The notes beneath the pieces are model-generated. The model ran no database searches and was not told the origin of the DNA. It worked only from the letters and a program-made list of their open reading frames with translations. A stretch of 64,000 bases of DNA from assembly GCA_949299395.1 (NCBI GenBank), contig CASGAB010000001.1, positions 8,365-72,364 on the forward strand, read 5' to 3'. A program made the position numbers and the translations under genes. Origin of the DNA: an uncultured bacterium. GTDB taxonomy: Bacteria > Bacillota_I > Bacilli_A > RFN20 > CAG-826. Positions 25,701 through 35,308 of this stretch are shown here, piece after piece; position 1 is the stretch's first letter; every line of letters starts with the position of its first letter.

Positions 25701-26630
25701 CTACCTTTTAAGTTGACTAACTACTTCTGTTTCACCAATATAACAATTTGAATAATGATTATCACTTATTTCATATAAAGCTGGAACATAGCGATAATAT
25801 GTATTTTTTAATTCAGTTTCTTTATTTTTAATATTTTCTTCAATAAATCTTTTAAAATCTTTTGATGATGTTGCTTCTTCTGCAAGTTTAAATTTAGCTC
25901 TATTTTCTTTACCTTCTTCACTTAAAGAAGATTTCATATCAAATACAAATATAGGAACTTCTTTATTTTTTTCACTTAAAAGATAAGAAATAATTTCACC
26001 CTTAATCTTTAAACAGTATGGGCAAGTTTCAAAATAGATATAAACATAATATTTTTTATAATCTTGAAGATAAAAATTATCTAAATTATCAAGTAAAGCA
26101 CCTGGAATATCTTTATAACTTCTTGAATCTAAAGTTGTTTCAAGTAAATATTTAGCTGGTTCAATTCCTCCAGCAATAAAATCATTTAAAACACCTTGAT
26201 TAATAATATATAAAGATGGAACTACGTTAATTATCGTATCTTTTAAGGTTGAAACTTTTTTACTTAACATCTCATTTCTTGTTTCATCAACACTTAAAAC
26301 TCGATCATCATAAACTGCACCTTCTTCTTTTAAACGAACGGTATTATAAATATAGATTTTAAAATTCTTGTTTCCTTTTTTATATTCATTTAAATGATTT
26401 AAAACTACATTTTTATTTTCATTACAAGCATCACAATCAACTCGATATAAATAAATTCCATAGACTTCTTCTTTTTGAAGATAAAAATCATTAATTGACT
26501 CTAAATAACAATCTTTAAAAGAAGGGTAATCTAAAGAAGGATCTAACTCAAAATGAGGTAAAGATCCACAACTTGTAATAAAAATAGTTAAAAATAATAT
26601 TAAAGCTTTAAAAAACTTTTTCATTCTCAA
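25701..26630 (-). CDS. Lipoprotein with two thioredoxin-fold-like CxxC modules
   Basis: Lipobox 'FITSCGS'. CxxC motifs 'CDAC' and 'CPYC' each sit in a ~130-aa repeat. It is convergent with the esterase gene with a 1-nt spacer. Confidence 0.45.
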   Translation of the reverse strand: MRMKKFFKALILFLTIFITSCGSLPHFELDPSLDYPSFKDCYLESINDFYLQKEEVYGIYLYRVDCDACNENKNVVLNHLNEYKKGNKNFKIYIYNTVRLKEEGAVYDDRVLSVDETRNEMLSKKVSTLKDTIINVVPSLYIINQGVLNDFIAGGIEPAKYLLETTLDSRSYKDIPGALLDNLDNFYLQDYKKYYVYIYFETCPYCLKIKGEIISYLLSEKNKEVPIFVFDMKSSLSEEGKENRAKFKLAEEATSSKDFKRFIEENIKNKETELKNTYYRYVPALYEISDNHYSNCYIGETEVVSQLKR

Positions 26631-26694
26631 AATTATATCTTATTTTTATTTTTATTTAATAAATAAAATAGAAGAAATTTGCTATAATTTAGCC

Positions 26695-28335
26695 ATGCAA
26701 AAAGAATTCAAAAAAGCAAAATTATCAATTTTACCTCCACTTTTAGCTTTCATACTTATCTTGATATTTTTTGCTTTAAATTTATATGGTTTATATAAAG
26801 AATATTTACTAGTTAATTTAATAGTTGAAATATTTTTAGGAATTGCCTTAATTATTCCTTTATTTTTTATATTTAGTTTTCTTTTAACACCTTCTAAACC
26901 TTTATGGTTAGATGATAATTATTTAGAAGTAAGAATTTTAAATAAGAAAATAACTTTAAAATACGATGATATTTTTACTGTTTATCATGGTGGTGAAACT
27001 GTTTTAACTGCCTCTATTTTTGTTATTTATTTAAAAGATGGAAGAAAAATAAAAATTAAATATCTTAAAGAAGGAAGACTCGCTTCAATGATTATTTATT
27101 CTAAACTTGATCATAACTTCTTTATTGACAAAGTAAATTTAATTCATAAGTTTTTTATTAGAATTTTTAATCTTTTAACTTCCTTCTTTGAAAGATTTTT
27201 AGGTTATAAACCTCCTAAAAAGTTAGAAAAAATAGAAGAAATTGTTCAAAAATATAAAGAAAAAGGTATAAAAAAAGTTTTTATCGTTAAATATAATCAT
27301 TTAGATTTAAAACTTATTGATAAAATCTTTGAAAATTCAGATATTTCTTACTTTGTTTTTGATAAAAGCATTCCAAACCCAACTAATGAAATAGTTTTAG
27401 AGGCAAAAAATAAATATATCGAAAATAATTGTGATGCTATTTTAGCAATTGGTGGAGGAAGCGTTATTGATTTAGCAAAAGCTCTTGGAGTTAGTATCAA
27501 TAACAATAAATCTTTGGATAATTATGCTGGTTTATTAAAAGTTAAAAAGAAAACACCTCTTTTAATTGCGATTCCTACTACTCCAGCAAGTGGAAGCGAA
27601 GTAACTTGGGCAAGTGTTATTGTTTTTGGTAATAAAAAGTGTTCGATTACTTCTCCAAAAATTATTCCTTCATATTTTTATGTTGGTGAAGAATTTATTT
27701 CTTCTTTATCAAAGGAAAATTTAATTAATAGTGTAATGGATGCATTAACTCACGCTATTGAAGCTTATTTAAATGTTTTCAAAAACAAAAAATATGATGT
27801 TTATGCTGTTTCTGCAATAAAACTTATCTATGAAAATTTAGAAAACGCGATTGAAAATAACGACATTAATGCGAAACTTGCTTTATTTGATGCATCTTCT
27901 ATAGCTGGACTTGCTTTTTCTATTAAGGGTGTAGGAAATGTTCACGCTTTATCTCATGCTCTTTCTTATAAATATAATCTTCCACACGCTAAAACTAACG
28001 GTATTATCTTACCAACTGTTTTAAAAACATATATTTATAATAAAAACGCACGCAAAAAGATGGCTTTTTTAGCTAAAGATTTAAATATTTCTAAAGAAAG
28101 TTCTTCATATAACCAAGCAAAAGATTTCATAAATTATATTGATTTATTAGTTAAAAAATATAAACTCGATGTTAATATTAAAGAAATTCAAAAAGATGAT
28201 ATTAACTTTTTAGCAAAACATGCTAAAAAAGAAGCCGTTCCACTATACGGAACACCAATTTTATATTCAAAATATATGTATTCATACATGTTTTTAAATT
28301 TATTTAGTTATTATAAAAAGAAGGAGAAAAAATAA
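26695..28335 (+). CDS. Membrane-anchored iron-containing alcohol dehydrogenase family protein (N-terminal TM domain fused to an Fe-ADH domain)
   Basis: The N-terminal ~170 aa hold 2-3 TM helices. The C-terminal Fe-ADH motifs are 'AIGGGSVIDLAKA' and 'PTTPASGSEVT'. Confidence 0.6.
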   Translation: MQKEFKKAKLSILPPLLAFILILIFFALNLYGLYKEYLLVNLIVEIFLGIALIIPLFFIFSFLLTPSKPLWLDDNYLEVRILNKKITLKYDDIFTVYHGGETVLTASIFVIYLKDGRKIKIKYLKEGRLASMIIYSKLDHNFFIDKVNLIHKFFIRIFNLLTSFFERFLGYKPPKKLEKIEEIVQKYKEKGIKKVFIVKYNHLDLKLIDKIFENSDISYFVFDKSIPNPTNEIVLEAKNKYIENNCDAILAIGGGSVIDLAKALGVSINNNKSLDNYAGLLKVKKKTPLLIAIPTTPASGSEVTWASVIVFGNKKCSITSPKIIPSYFYVGEEFISSLSKENLINSVMDALTHAIEAYLNVFKNKKYDVYAVSAIKLIYENLENAIENNDINAKLALFDASSIAGLAFSIKGVGNVHALSHALSYKYNLPHAKTNGIILPTVLKTYIYNKNARKKMAFLAKDLNISKESSSYNQAKDFINYIDLLVKKYKLDVNIKEIQKDDINFLAKHAKKEAVPLYGTPILYSKYMYSYMFLNLFSYYKKKEKK

Positions 28336-28339
28336 GATT

Positions 28340-29362
28340 ATGGAACAAAAAGAATTAAAAGAAGGTCGTTTACTCGATTATGATGGTAACTTATATGAAG
28401 CTGGTTATAGCACTTCTTTAATTAAAAAATATAAAAGAAAAGATATTGTTGGATTAAAAACTAGAATTAAGGAATGGGATTATTACGCAATTAATTTTAG
28501 TGATTTTATGCTTTGTTTTACTATTTCTGATTGCTCAATGTTCTCCCTTATTTCTGCTTCTTTAATCGATTTAACTAAAAAAACATTTAAAACTAAATCT
28601 AAATTACAATTCTTTACTTTTGGTAAGCTTAATCTTCCTTCAACTAGTGAAATTGGTGATACAATCTATAATTCGAAAGACTTCAAATTATCTTTTATAA
28701 ATAATGGAACAAGTAGAGAAATTAAAGCTTCGATTAAAAACTTTAAAGATAATAAAGATTTAGAAGCGGATATTATTCTATCTTCTTCCTCTAATAAATC
28801 GATGGTTATCGCTACTCCTTTTAAAAAGAAAAGACATTTTTACTATAATCAAAAGATCAATAACCTTATTGCAAATGGTTACTATAAACTTGGTGATAAA
28901 TTATATTCAATTAAAGATGGTTTAGCAGTTTTAGATTGGGGAAGAGGAGTATGGACTTATTCAAATACCTGGTATTGGGCTTCCACTTCCACAAAAGATA
29001 AAGATGGTTATAAAGGCTTTAATTTAGGATATGGCTTTGGAGATACTTCTTCTAGTAGTGAAAATATGCTCTTTTTAAATAAAGAAGCTTATAAACTTAA
29101 TGATGTTAAGTTTTATTTTAAAAAGAAAAACGGAAGAGAAGATTTTAACGCTCCTATTAAAGTAGTTAGTGAATCTAAAGATATTAATCTAACGTTTACT
29201 CCTATTATTGACCGTCATGAAGATACTAACTTTTTAATCTTAGCATCATTTCAACATCAAATATTTGGTAAATTTAACGGCACTATTAAAACAAGCGATA
29301 ATAAAATAATCGAATTTAATGATAGTATTGGATTCTTAGAAAAAGTAAAAAATAGATGGTAG
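28340..29362 (+). CDS. Hypothetical protein (possibly DUF2804-like)
   Basis: It starts 4 nt after the Fe-ADH fusion gene. I recognise no catalytic motif, and the family assignment is from memory only. Confidence 0.35.
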   Translation: MEQKELKEGRLLDYDGNLYEAGYSTSLIKKYKRKDIVGLKTRIKEWDYYAINFSDFMLCFTISDCSMFSLISASLIDLTKKTFKTKSKLQFFTFGKLNLPSTSEIGDTIYNSKDFKLSFINNGTSREIKASIKNFKDNKDLEADIILSSSSNKSMVIATPFKKKRHFYYNQKINNLIANGYYKLGDKLYSIKDGLAVLDWGRGVWTYSNTWYWASTSTKDKDGYKGFNLGYGFGDTSSSSENMLFLNKEAYKLNDVKFYFKKKNGREDFNAPIKVVSESKDINLTFTPIIDRHEDTNFLILASFQHQIFGKFNGTIKTSDNKIIEFNDSIGFLEKVKNRW

Positions 29363-29378
29363 CAAGCCATCTATTTTT

Positions 29379-30065
29379 TTAATATTCTCTCTTTTTAAAG
29401 ATATAAAGTGATAAAAAATAACAAAGTAAATATAATCCTACACCACAAATTAAAAATCCAATTAGTGAGAATAGCCAAATTTGGGACATCATCATAGGAT
29501 CAACAAGAGGAACAGCTATAAATAAAAGAGGTAATGCTGAAGTAAAAATAGAAATAATACTTCCTATAACTACACCCTTATTTGATCCAACAACTATACA
29601 AATCAATAATGAAGTTGAACCAGAAATTAGGCAACTTGAAAAGAAAGTAAGGATTAATCCAACATAAATATTTAAATCAAAGTCCGCATCAACAATAAAT
29701 AAGGATATAAAAAACGGAATACAAAGAATTAATACCATAAAGAAATGTAAAATAACTTTTGATAATAAAATCTTTGGTTTTTTAACTCCAACCGAAAGAA
29801 TAAATGGAGTCCAATGAGCTTTCTCATCAAAACCAAATGAAGAAACAAGCATATTTCCTGGATAAAATCCGGAAATAAATATAACAGGAAGAAGAGTTAA
29901 AATGCCGGTTTTTTGAATTTCTTCAATTGTCGGAATTTCATCTTCTCCAAAAGAACCCTTAATATCGGTTCCTAAACCAATAAAGGCAATAAAAATAACG
30001 ATAAGAATGTAAAAAATAAATACCATTCTTATGTTATAAAACTCTTTTAAAAGGAGTCCTTTCAT
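29379..30065 (-). CDS. ABC-2 type transporter permease
   Basis: Six hydrophobic helices. It overlaps the upstream ABC ATPase gene by 4 nt. Confidence 0.5.
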   Translation of the reverse strand: MKGLLLKEFYNIRMVFIFYILIVIFIAFIGLGTDIKGSFGEDEIPTIEEIQKTGILTLLPVIFISGFYPGNMLVSSFGFDEKAHWTPFILSVGVKKPKILLSKVILHFFMVLILCIPFFISLFIVDADFDLNIYVGLILTFFSSCLISGSTSLLICIVVGSNKGVVIGSIISIFTSALPLLFIAVPLVDPMMMSQIWLFSLIGFLICGVGLYLLCYFLSLYIFKKREY

Positions 30066-30904
30066 ACATTTCTCCCCCTAACAATTAAAATCATAATTTC
30101 AGATAAACCAGCTTTTCTTTTTCCTTCAAGATCATATTTATCACTTAAAGCAATAAATTCAACGCTATCTTCACTTAAATTTTTATATTTAATAACGTGT
30201 TCTTTATCAAGATTTTCAAATTCGTCACGACTAATTTTGAAATAATCATACATATTAATAAGATCTTTTTTATTGCTATTAATAATGATTTCTCCTTCAT
30301 GAATAAATACGATTTGATTACAAATTCTTTCTAAATCTTCAACAATATGAGAAGAAATTAAAACACTTCCTCCGTTATAAGCAAATTCTTGTAAGATATC
30401 TAAGATTTCATCTCTAGCAATTGGATCTAAACCATTAGTTGGTTCATCTAAAATAAATAATTTTGCTTTATGAGAAAAAGCGATTGCTAAATTAAGTTTA
30501 ACTTTCATACCTTTAGAAAGTTGACTACACTTTTTGCTCTTATCAAGTCCAAAATTATTTAAATATTTAAAGAAAGTATCTTTTTCCCGATTTTTAAAGA
30601 TATTTCTTAAGATTTTTTCAAGTTGGAAAAGTTTAATATTTTCTGGGAAATTTAATTCATCAAGAATAAAAGAAATATTTTCTCTTTCCGATGAAGTTAA
30701 TTCATCGATTGGCTTACCAAAAATTTTTGCCTCTCCGCCATTAGGAATGGTAATTCCAGCCAAAATCTTCATAGTTGTAGATTTACCAGCACCATTTTCA
30801 CCGATAAAACCACAAATTTGACCTTCTTCGATAGAGAAAGAAACTTCATTTAAAGTGAAAGTTTTATATTTTTTTAAGACTTTATTAAGATCTATTACCC
30901 TCAT
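30062..30904 (-). CDS. ABC transporter ATP-binding protein (ABC-2 / bacitracin-type export family)
   Basis: Walker A 'GENGAGKST', signature 'LSKGMKVKL', Walker B 'LFILDEPTNGLD'. Confidence 0.8.
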   Translation of the reverse strand: MRVIDLNKVLKKYKTFTLNEVSFSIEEGQICGFIGENGAGKSTTMKILAGITIPNGGEAKIFGKPIDELTSSERENISFILDELNFPENIKLFQLEKILRNIFKNREKDTFFKYLNNFGLDKSKKCSQLSKGMKVKLNLAIAFSHKAKLFILDEPTNGLDPIARDEILDILQEFAYNGGSVLISSHIVEDLERICNQIVFIHEGEIIINSNKKDLINMYDYFKISRDEFENLDKEHVIKYKNLSEDSVEFIALSDKYDLEGKRKAGLSEIMILIVRGRNV

Positions 30905-30915
30905 TTCTTTCTCCT

Positions 30916-31485
30916 TTATTCCATATAATTTGAAGAACCTAAGTAAGTTAATACCTCTAAAACAATATTTTTAAGTATTTTATCGTTTTCTTCTTCGTTA
31001 TTAACTTCTAAACGGTGATTTCCGTTTTGAATTACATTTAAATTAACATAACGATATTTAAGTAAGTTTCTTGCTTCTTCAGATAAATATTTATCGTTAG
31101 TTCCATAAACGATATAGTCTGTTTGATCAAAACTTTTTATTGCTTCATCAAGTGGAGTTAACCAAACATATTTAAATTTTCTTATATTTTTTTCATCTTT
31201 TTTAACTACTTCTTCTTTATAACGAGCTGTTAATACAGTTCCGATACTTTTTGATATAAGAATTATTTCGCTATATTCATCAAAGTTTATATCTTTTAAA
31301 CTATCTATAACAAATAAATAAGCGTTTTCTTTATCAAAACTATCGTTTTCAGAATTGTAAAATTTAGAATAATCTAAATAGATAGTTTCACCATTAATAT
31401 TTTCATTTAAAGATTTAAGTAATGGTTTAGTAATATCATACTTAATTCCTGGAAAAATTATTTTAAGCGTTTTGAGTAGATTCAT
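30916..31485 (-). CDS. Hypothetical protein
   Basis: ORF only. It overlaps the upstream ORF by 23 nt. I recognise no motif. Confidence 0.35.
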   Translation of the reverse strand: MNLLKTLKIIFPGIKYDITKPLLKSLNENINGETIYLDYSKFYNSENDSFDKENAYLFVIDSLKDINFDEYSEIILISKSIGTVLTARYKEEVVKKDEKNIRKFKYVWLTPLDEAIKSFDQTDYIVYGTNDKYLSEEARNLLKYRYVNLNVIQNGNHRLEVNNEEENDKILKNIVLEVLTYLGSSNYME

Positions 31486-31975
31486 ATTTATTTAACTCTT
31501 TGATTTTTGAAGTAATCTCATCAACTACCTCATTATTATATATTTGAACTGTATTTTTTAATATTCTTTTCATTATTTTAATTGTAAAAATTTCTTCATA
31601 TTCTTTCACTTTTTTAAATCTATCAAAGATTGGATATGAATAAAGCTCTAGATTGTTAAATTTACTAAGATTAATTCTTAAAAACTCCTCAAGTTTTGCG
31701 AGCTTTTTATAAGGATTTTCGATTTCAATAACACCTTTATATCGGTCATCGATTTTAATGAATTCATCTTCTTTTTTTACATAAGAAATAAGTTCGCCTT
31801 CATTAGGAATAATATCAAAAAGATAAATTCCGCTAGAAGCAATAATTATCGTAAAATCGTACTCATCTTCGTTATTTATTTTAAAGTTATAAATTAAATT
31901 TTCCTTTTCAAAAAGACATTCATATAACTTATTAGCGACTTTTTCTTTGTATGGTTTGTTGAAAAATAAACCCAT
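31463..31975 (-). CDS. Hypothetical protein (possible NERD-like nuclease-related domain), with the start placed at Met14 of the track ORF
   Basis: 'EDEYDFTIIIASSGIYLFDIIPNEG' weakly resembles the NERD core. The ATG at 31973-31975 abuts the NUDIX stop, so the 13-aa extension in the track ORF (to 32014) probably belongs to the overlap with the NUDIX gene. Confidence 0.3.
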   Translation of the reverse strand: MGLFFNKPYKEKVANKLYECLFEKENLIYNFKINNEDEYDFTIIIASSGIYLFDIIPNEGELISYVKKEDEFIKIDDRYKGVIEIENPYKKLAKLEEFLRINLSKFNNLELYSYPIFDRFKKVKEYEEIFTIKIMKRILKNTVQIYNNEVVDEITSKIKELNKYESTQNA

Positions 31976-32586
31976 TAAATACTTCCTTCTTCTTTTTTTA
32001 ATAAATATAAACAAAATGCATGAACAGTTTTAGCATCTCTAATCTCGCCATTAGCAATCATTTTCTTAATTTCATCTTCTGTTTTATACAAAACTTCAAC
32101 AAATTCATTTTCATCAAGATTTGTTTCTTTTAAAGCAAGATCTTCACAGTAATATAAATAAATTACTTCATTTGTATAAGCGACACTTGGATAAGTTGCT
32201 CCTAAAAATATACATTTATTTGCAACATAGCCAGTTTCTTCTTTGAGTTCTCTTAAAGCAGTAATTTTTGTATCTTCATTTGGATCGGTTTTTCCTGCAG
32301 GAAATTCATATATTGTATTGTCGTAAGGATATCTAAATTGTCTTTCTAAAATAAATTTTCCATCATTAGTTTTAGCAAGAACACATGCAGCTGGACCTTT
32401 ATTAATATATTCACGATATGACTCGTGATTATTAGGACATAAGACCTTATCCTTATGAACTTCTAATAAATGTCCATTAAAAACTATTTCACCATTAAGT
32501 TTCTTCTCTTTTAAATCCATATGAAATATACCTCGCACAAAAAAATTATATATTGTTTTGACACATAAACCTATCAAATTGAACAT
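31975..32586 (-). CDS. NUDIX hydrolase (ADP-ribose pyrophosphatase-like)
   Basis: Nudix box 'GKTDPNEDTKITALRELKEETGY' (Gx5Ex7REUxEExGU). Confidence 0.75.
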   Translation of the reverse strand: MFNLIGLCVKTIYNFFVRGIFHMDLKEKKLNGEIVFNGHLLEVHKDKVLCPNNHESYREYINKGPAACVLAKTNDGKFILERQFRYPYDNTIYEFPAGKTDPNEDTKITALRELKEETGYVANKCIFLGATYPSVAYTNEVIYLYYCEDLALKETNLDENEFVEVLYKTEDEIKKMIANGEIRDAKTVHAFCLYLLKKEEGSI

Positions 32587-32782
32587 TTTTTAACTTTTTT
32601 TCAGAAAAAGTGTAATTTTTTTCGTTTCGCAACATTCTTGTTTATATACAAGGCGTGTGGGTGGGAATTAATTAACCCTCTATATATACAAGTAAAAGTA
32701 TTTATAACAAATAGAGCAAAACTATTTATTTTTAAACCTTGTTAAATTAATATAAATACGAATTTATTTTGAGGAAAAAATT

Positions 32783-33691
32783 ATGGAAAGATTTGACACA
32801 ATCATTATTGGTGCCGGTCCAGCTGGCGTAACTGCTTCAATTTATGCTCATAGAAGCGGATTAAATTATTTACTCTTAGAAAAAGGCGCAATCGGCGGAA
32901 AGGTTGTTACCGCTTTTGAAATAGAAAATTATCCTGGTATTACTAAAATTGGGGGAAGCGAATTAGCTTTAGATTTTAGAAAACAGATTAAAGATTTAGG
33001 AATCAATTTTAAACGTGAGGAAGTTTTAAGTGTTGAAAAATTCGATGATCATCTCTTTTTTGTAACAACTAATAAAGATAAATATCAATGTGAATCAATA
33101 GTTATTGCTACAGGAACAAAAGAAAACGAACTCAATTTACCAAAAGAAGCTGAATTTAGAGGAAGAGGCGTTTCTTTCTGTGCTACTTGCGATGGCGCTT
33201 TCTTTAAAGATAAAGATGTCGTTGTTTATGGCGGAGGAGATAGCGCAATGACTGAAGCTGCTTTTTTAGCTCCAATTGTTCATTCAATTACTATGGTTTC
33301 TCGTCACGAATTAAGAGGAGAAAGAAATAACATTGAAAAATTAAAAGCATTTAATAATGTTAAATATTTACCAAACACCGTTATTACTTCTTTACTTGGT
33401 AGTGAATACTTTGAAGGTGTTGAAGTTTTAAGCGAAGGAAGTAAAACTTCTACTATTAAATGCGATGGCGTGTTTGTTTATATTGGTTCAAAACCTGAAT
33501 TAAAATTCTTAAATCATTTAGATATTTTAAACGCTAAAGGTTATATTGAAGTTGATAATGAATTTAGAACTCGTGTTAAAGGGGTTTATGCAGTAGGTGA
33601 TGTTATTGAAAAAGAACTAAGACAAATCGTTACAGCAACAAATGATGGAGCAATTGTTATTCATACACTCCATAAAGATTTAAATAAATAA
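32783..33691 (+). CDS. trxB: Thioredoxin-disulfide reductase
   Basis: FAD site 'IIGAGPAG', redox-active 'CATCDG', NADPH site 'GGGDSA'. Length 302 aa. Confidence 0.85.
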   Translation: MERFDTIIIGAGPAGVTASIYAHRSGLNYLLLEKGAIGGKVVTAFEIENYPGITKIGGSELALDFRKQIKDLGINFKREEVLSVEKFDDHLFFVTTNKDKYQCESIVIATGTKENELNLPKEAEFRGRGVSFCATCDGAFFKDKDVVVYGGGDSAMTEAAFLAPIVHSITMVSRHELRGERNNIEKLKAFNNVKYLPNTVITSLLGSEYFEGVEVLSEGSKTSTIKCDGVFVYIGSKPELKFLNHLDILNAKGYIEVDNEFRTRVKGVYAVGDVIEKELRQIVTATNDGAIVIHTLHKDLNK

Positions 33692-33694
33692 TTT

Positions 33695-33727
33695 AAAAAG
33701 CCTTCCGTCGCGGAAGGCTATTTTTTT
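33695..33727. terminator. Bidirectional intrinsic terminator between trxB (+) and lysS (-)
   Basis: AAAAA-GCCTTCCG-tcg-CGGAAGGC-TATTTTTTT. The 8-bp GC-rich stem is flanked by an A-tract and a T-tract. Confidence 0.7.
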
Positions 33728-35264
33728 ACTTTTGATCTTTCATTGTTGGGAAGAGGATAACTTCTCTAATTGATGGTTGGTTAAGTAATAACATAACAAG
33801 TCTATCAATACCAATTCCAATACCACCTGTTGGAGGTAGTCCATAATCCATTGCTTCTAAGAAATCATAATCCATTTCATTAGCTTCATCATCACCTAAC
33901 TCTTTAGCTTTAAGTTGAGCAACAAATCTTTCTTTTTGATCCATTGGATCATTAAGTTCGCTATATGCATTAGCAATTTCCCATCCGTTAATATAAAGTT
34001 CAAATCTTTCTGTAAAACGTGGATCTGGGCTCTTTTTAGTTAATGGTGAAGTTTCAATTGGGTGATGATAAACGAATGTTGGCTGAATAAGTTCATCTTC
34101 ACATAATACATCAAATAATGCATTTAAATAATATCCCGTTGAAGTCCAGTGATTTTCTGATTTAATACCATGCTTATCGCATAAAGCCTTTGCTTCTTCT
34201 AATGAAATATCATCTTTAAAATCAACACCAGTTTTTTCTTTGACAAGTTCAGACATTTCAACCCATCTAAATTCAGGTCTAAAATCGATTTCTTTACCTT
34301 GATAATTTAAAACGTCTGTTTTGATAACGTTTTTTAAAACGTGTCTAATAACATTTTCACATAAATATCTAACTGTTGATAAATCACCATACGCTTCATA
34401 AAGCTCGACAGTAGTGAATTCAGGATTATGTCGAGTATCCATACCTTCGTTTCTAAATAATCTACCAAATTCATAAACTTTTTCTAAACCACCAACAATT
34501 AATTTCTTTAATGGTAATTCAGTAGCGATTCTTAAATAGAAATCTTTATCTAAAGTGTTATGGTGAGTAATAAATGGTCTAGCATTTGCTCCGCCTAATA
34601 TTGGAGATAAAACACTAGTTTCAACTTCAACGAATCCTAATGAATCAAAATAATTTTGCATACATCTGACGATTTTTGGTCTTAATAATGCAACTTGTTT
34701 TGCTTCATCATTCATGATTAAGTCAACATATCTATGTCTATATCTTTCTTCGACATCGGTTAAGCCATGGAATTTTTCTGGTAATGGTCTTAATGATTTT
34801 GTTAAGAATGTAAAATCAGTAACTTTTAAAGTTAATTCGCCGGTTCTTGTTCTCATTAAATGACCACCTAAACCAACGATATCGCCGACATCACAAAGCT
34901 TAAAAATAGCATAATTATCAGCATTAACAGTTTCAACTGAGATATACGCTTGCATTCTACCTTCTTTATCTTGGATAGTAACAAAAGATGCTTTACCCAT
35001 CTTTCTTAAAAGCATAATTCTACCTGCAATTTTAACTTCAATAGGATTTGCTTCTAATTCTTCTTCGCTTTTTTCACCAGCTTTTTCTCTACATGTAGCT
35101 GTTGAATCAGTTCTATCGTATTTTTGACCCCAAGGGTTAACTCCAAGTTCAATTAATTTTTGTAACTTTTCTCTTCTTGCTAATTCTTGATCTGTTAACT
35201 TGTTTTCCATAAAAACACCTTTCCTTCTCTTAATCTTTACTATTTTAATAAATATATCGTTCAA
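33726..35264 (-). CDS. lysS: Lysine--tRNA ligase (class II)
   Basis: Class II motif 2 'FRNEGMDTRHNPEFTTVELY' and motif 3 'GGIGIGIDRLVMLL', plus an N-terminal OB anticodon-binding region. Confidence 0.95.
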   Translation of the reverse strand: MNDIFIKIVKIKRRKGVFMENKLTDQELARREKLQKLIELGVNPWGQKYDRTDSTATCREKAGEKSEEELEANPIEVKIAGRIMLLRKMGKASFVTIQDKEGRMQAYISVETVNADNYAIFKLCDVGDIVGLGGHLMRTRTGELTLKVTDFTFLTKSLRPLPEKFHGLTDVEERYRHRYVDLIMNDEAKQVALLRPKIVRCMQNYFDSLGFVEVETSVLSPILGGANARPFITHHNTLDKDFYLRIATELPLKKLIVGGLEKVYEFGRLFRNEGMDTRHNPEFTTVELYEAYGDLSTVRYLCENVIRHVLKNVIKTDVLNYQGKEIDFRPEFRWVEMSELVKEKTGVDFKDDISLEEAKALCDKHGIKSENHWTSTGYYLNALFDVLCEDELIQPTFVYHHPIETSPLTKKSPDPRFTERFELYINGWEIANAYSELNDPMDQKERFVAQLKAKELGDDEANEMDYDFLEAMDYGLPPTGGIGIGIDRLVMLLLNQPSIREVILFPTMKDQK

Positions 35265-35308
35265 TTTACAACAATATTTATAAATAAATATTGATAAATA
35301 TCGTAATT

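Noticed and set aside
31976-32014. 13-aa N-terminal extension of the 31463..32014 ORF overlapping the NUDIX gene by 40 nt
   Set aside because: An internal ATG (Met14) abuts the NUDIX stop with the usual 1-4-nt operon spacing. A 40-nt overlap is less parsimonious.
7846-32700. Recurrence of the 10-mer TATATACAAG (near 7852, 32643 and 32687) as a possible shared regulatory motif
   Set aside because: Only three copies in an AT-rich 64-kb window (expected about 0.5-1 by composition). The copy at 7852 is better explained as the loop or stem of the nucleotidase terminator. There is not enough evidence for a regulon motif.
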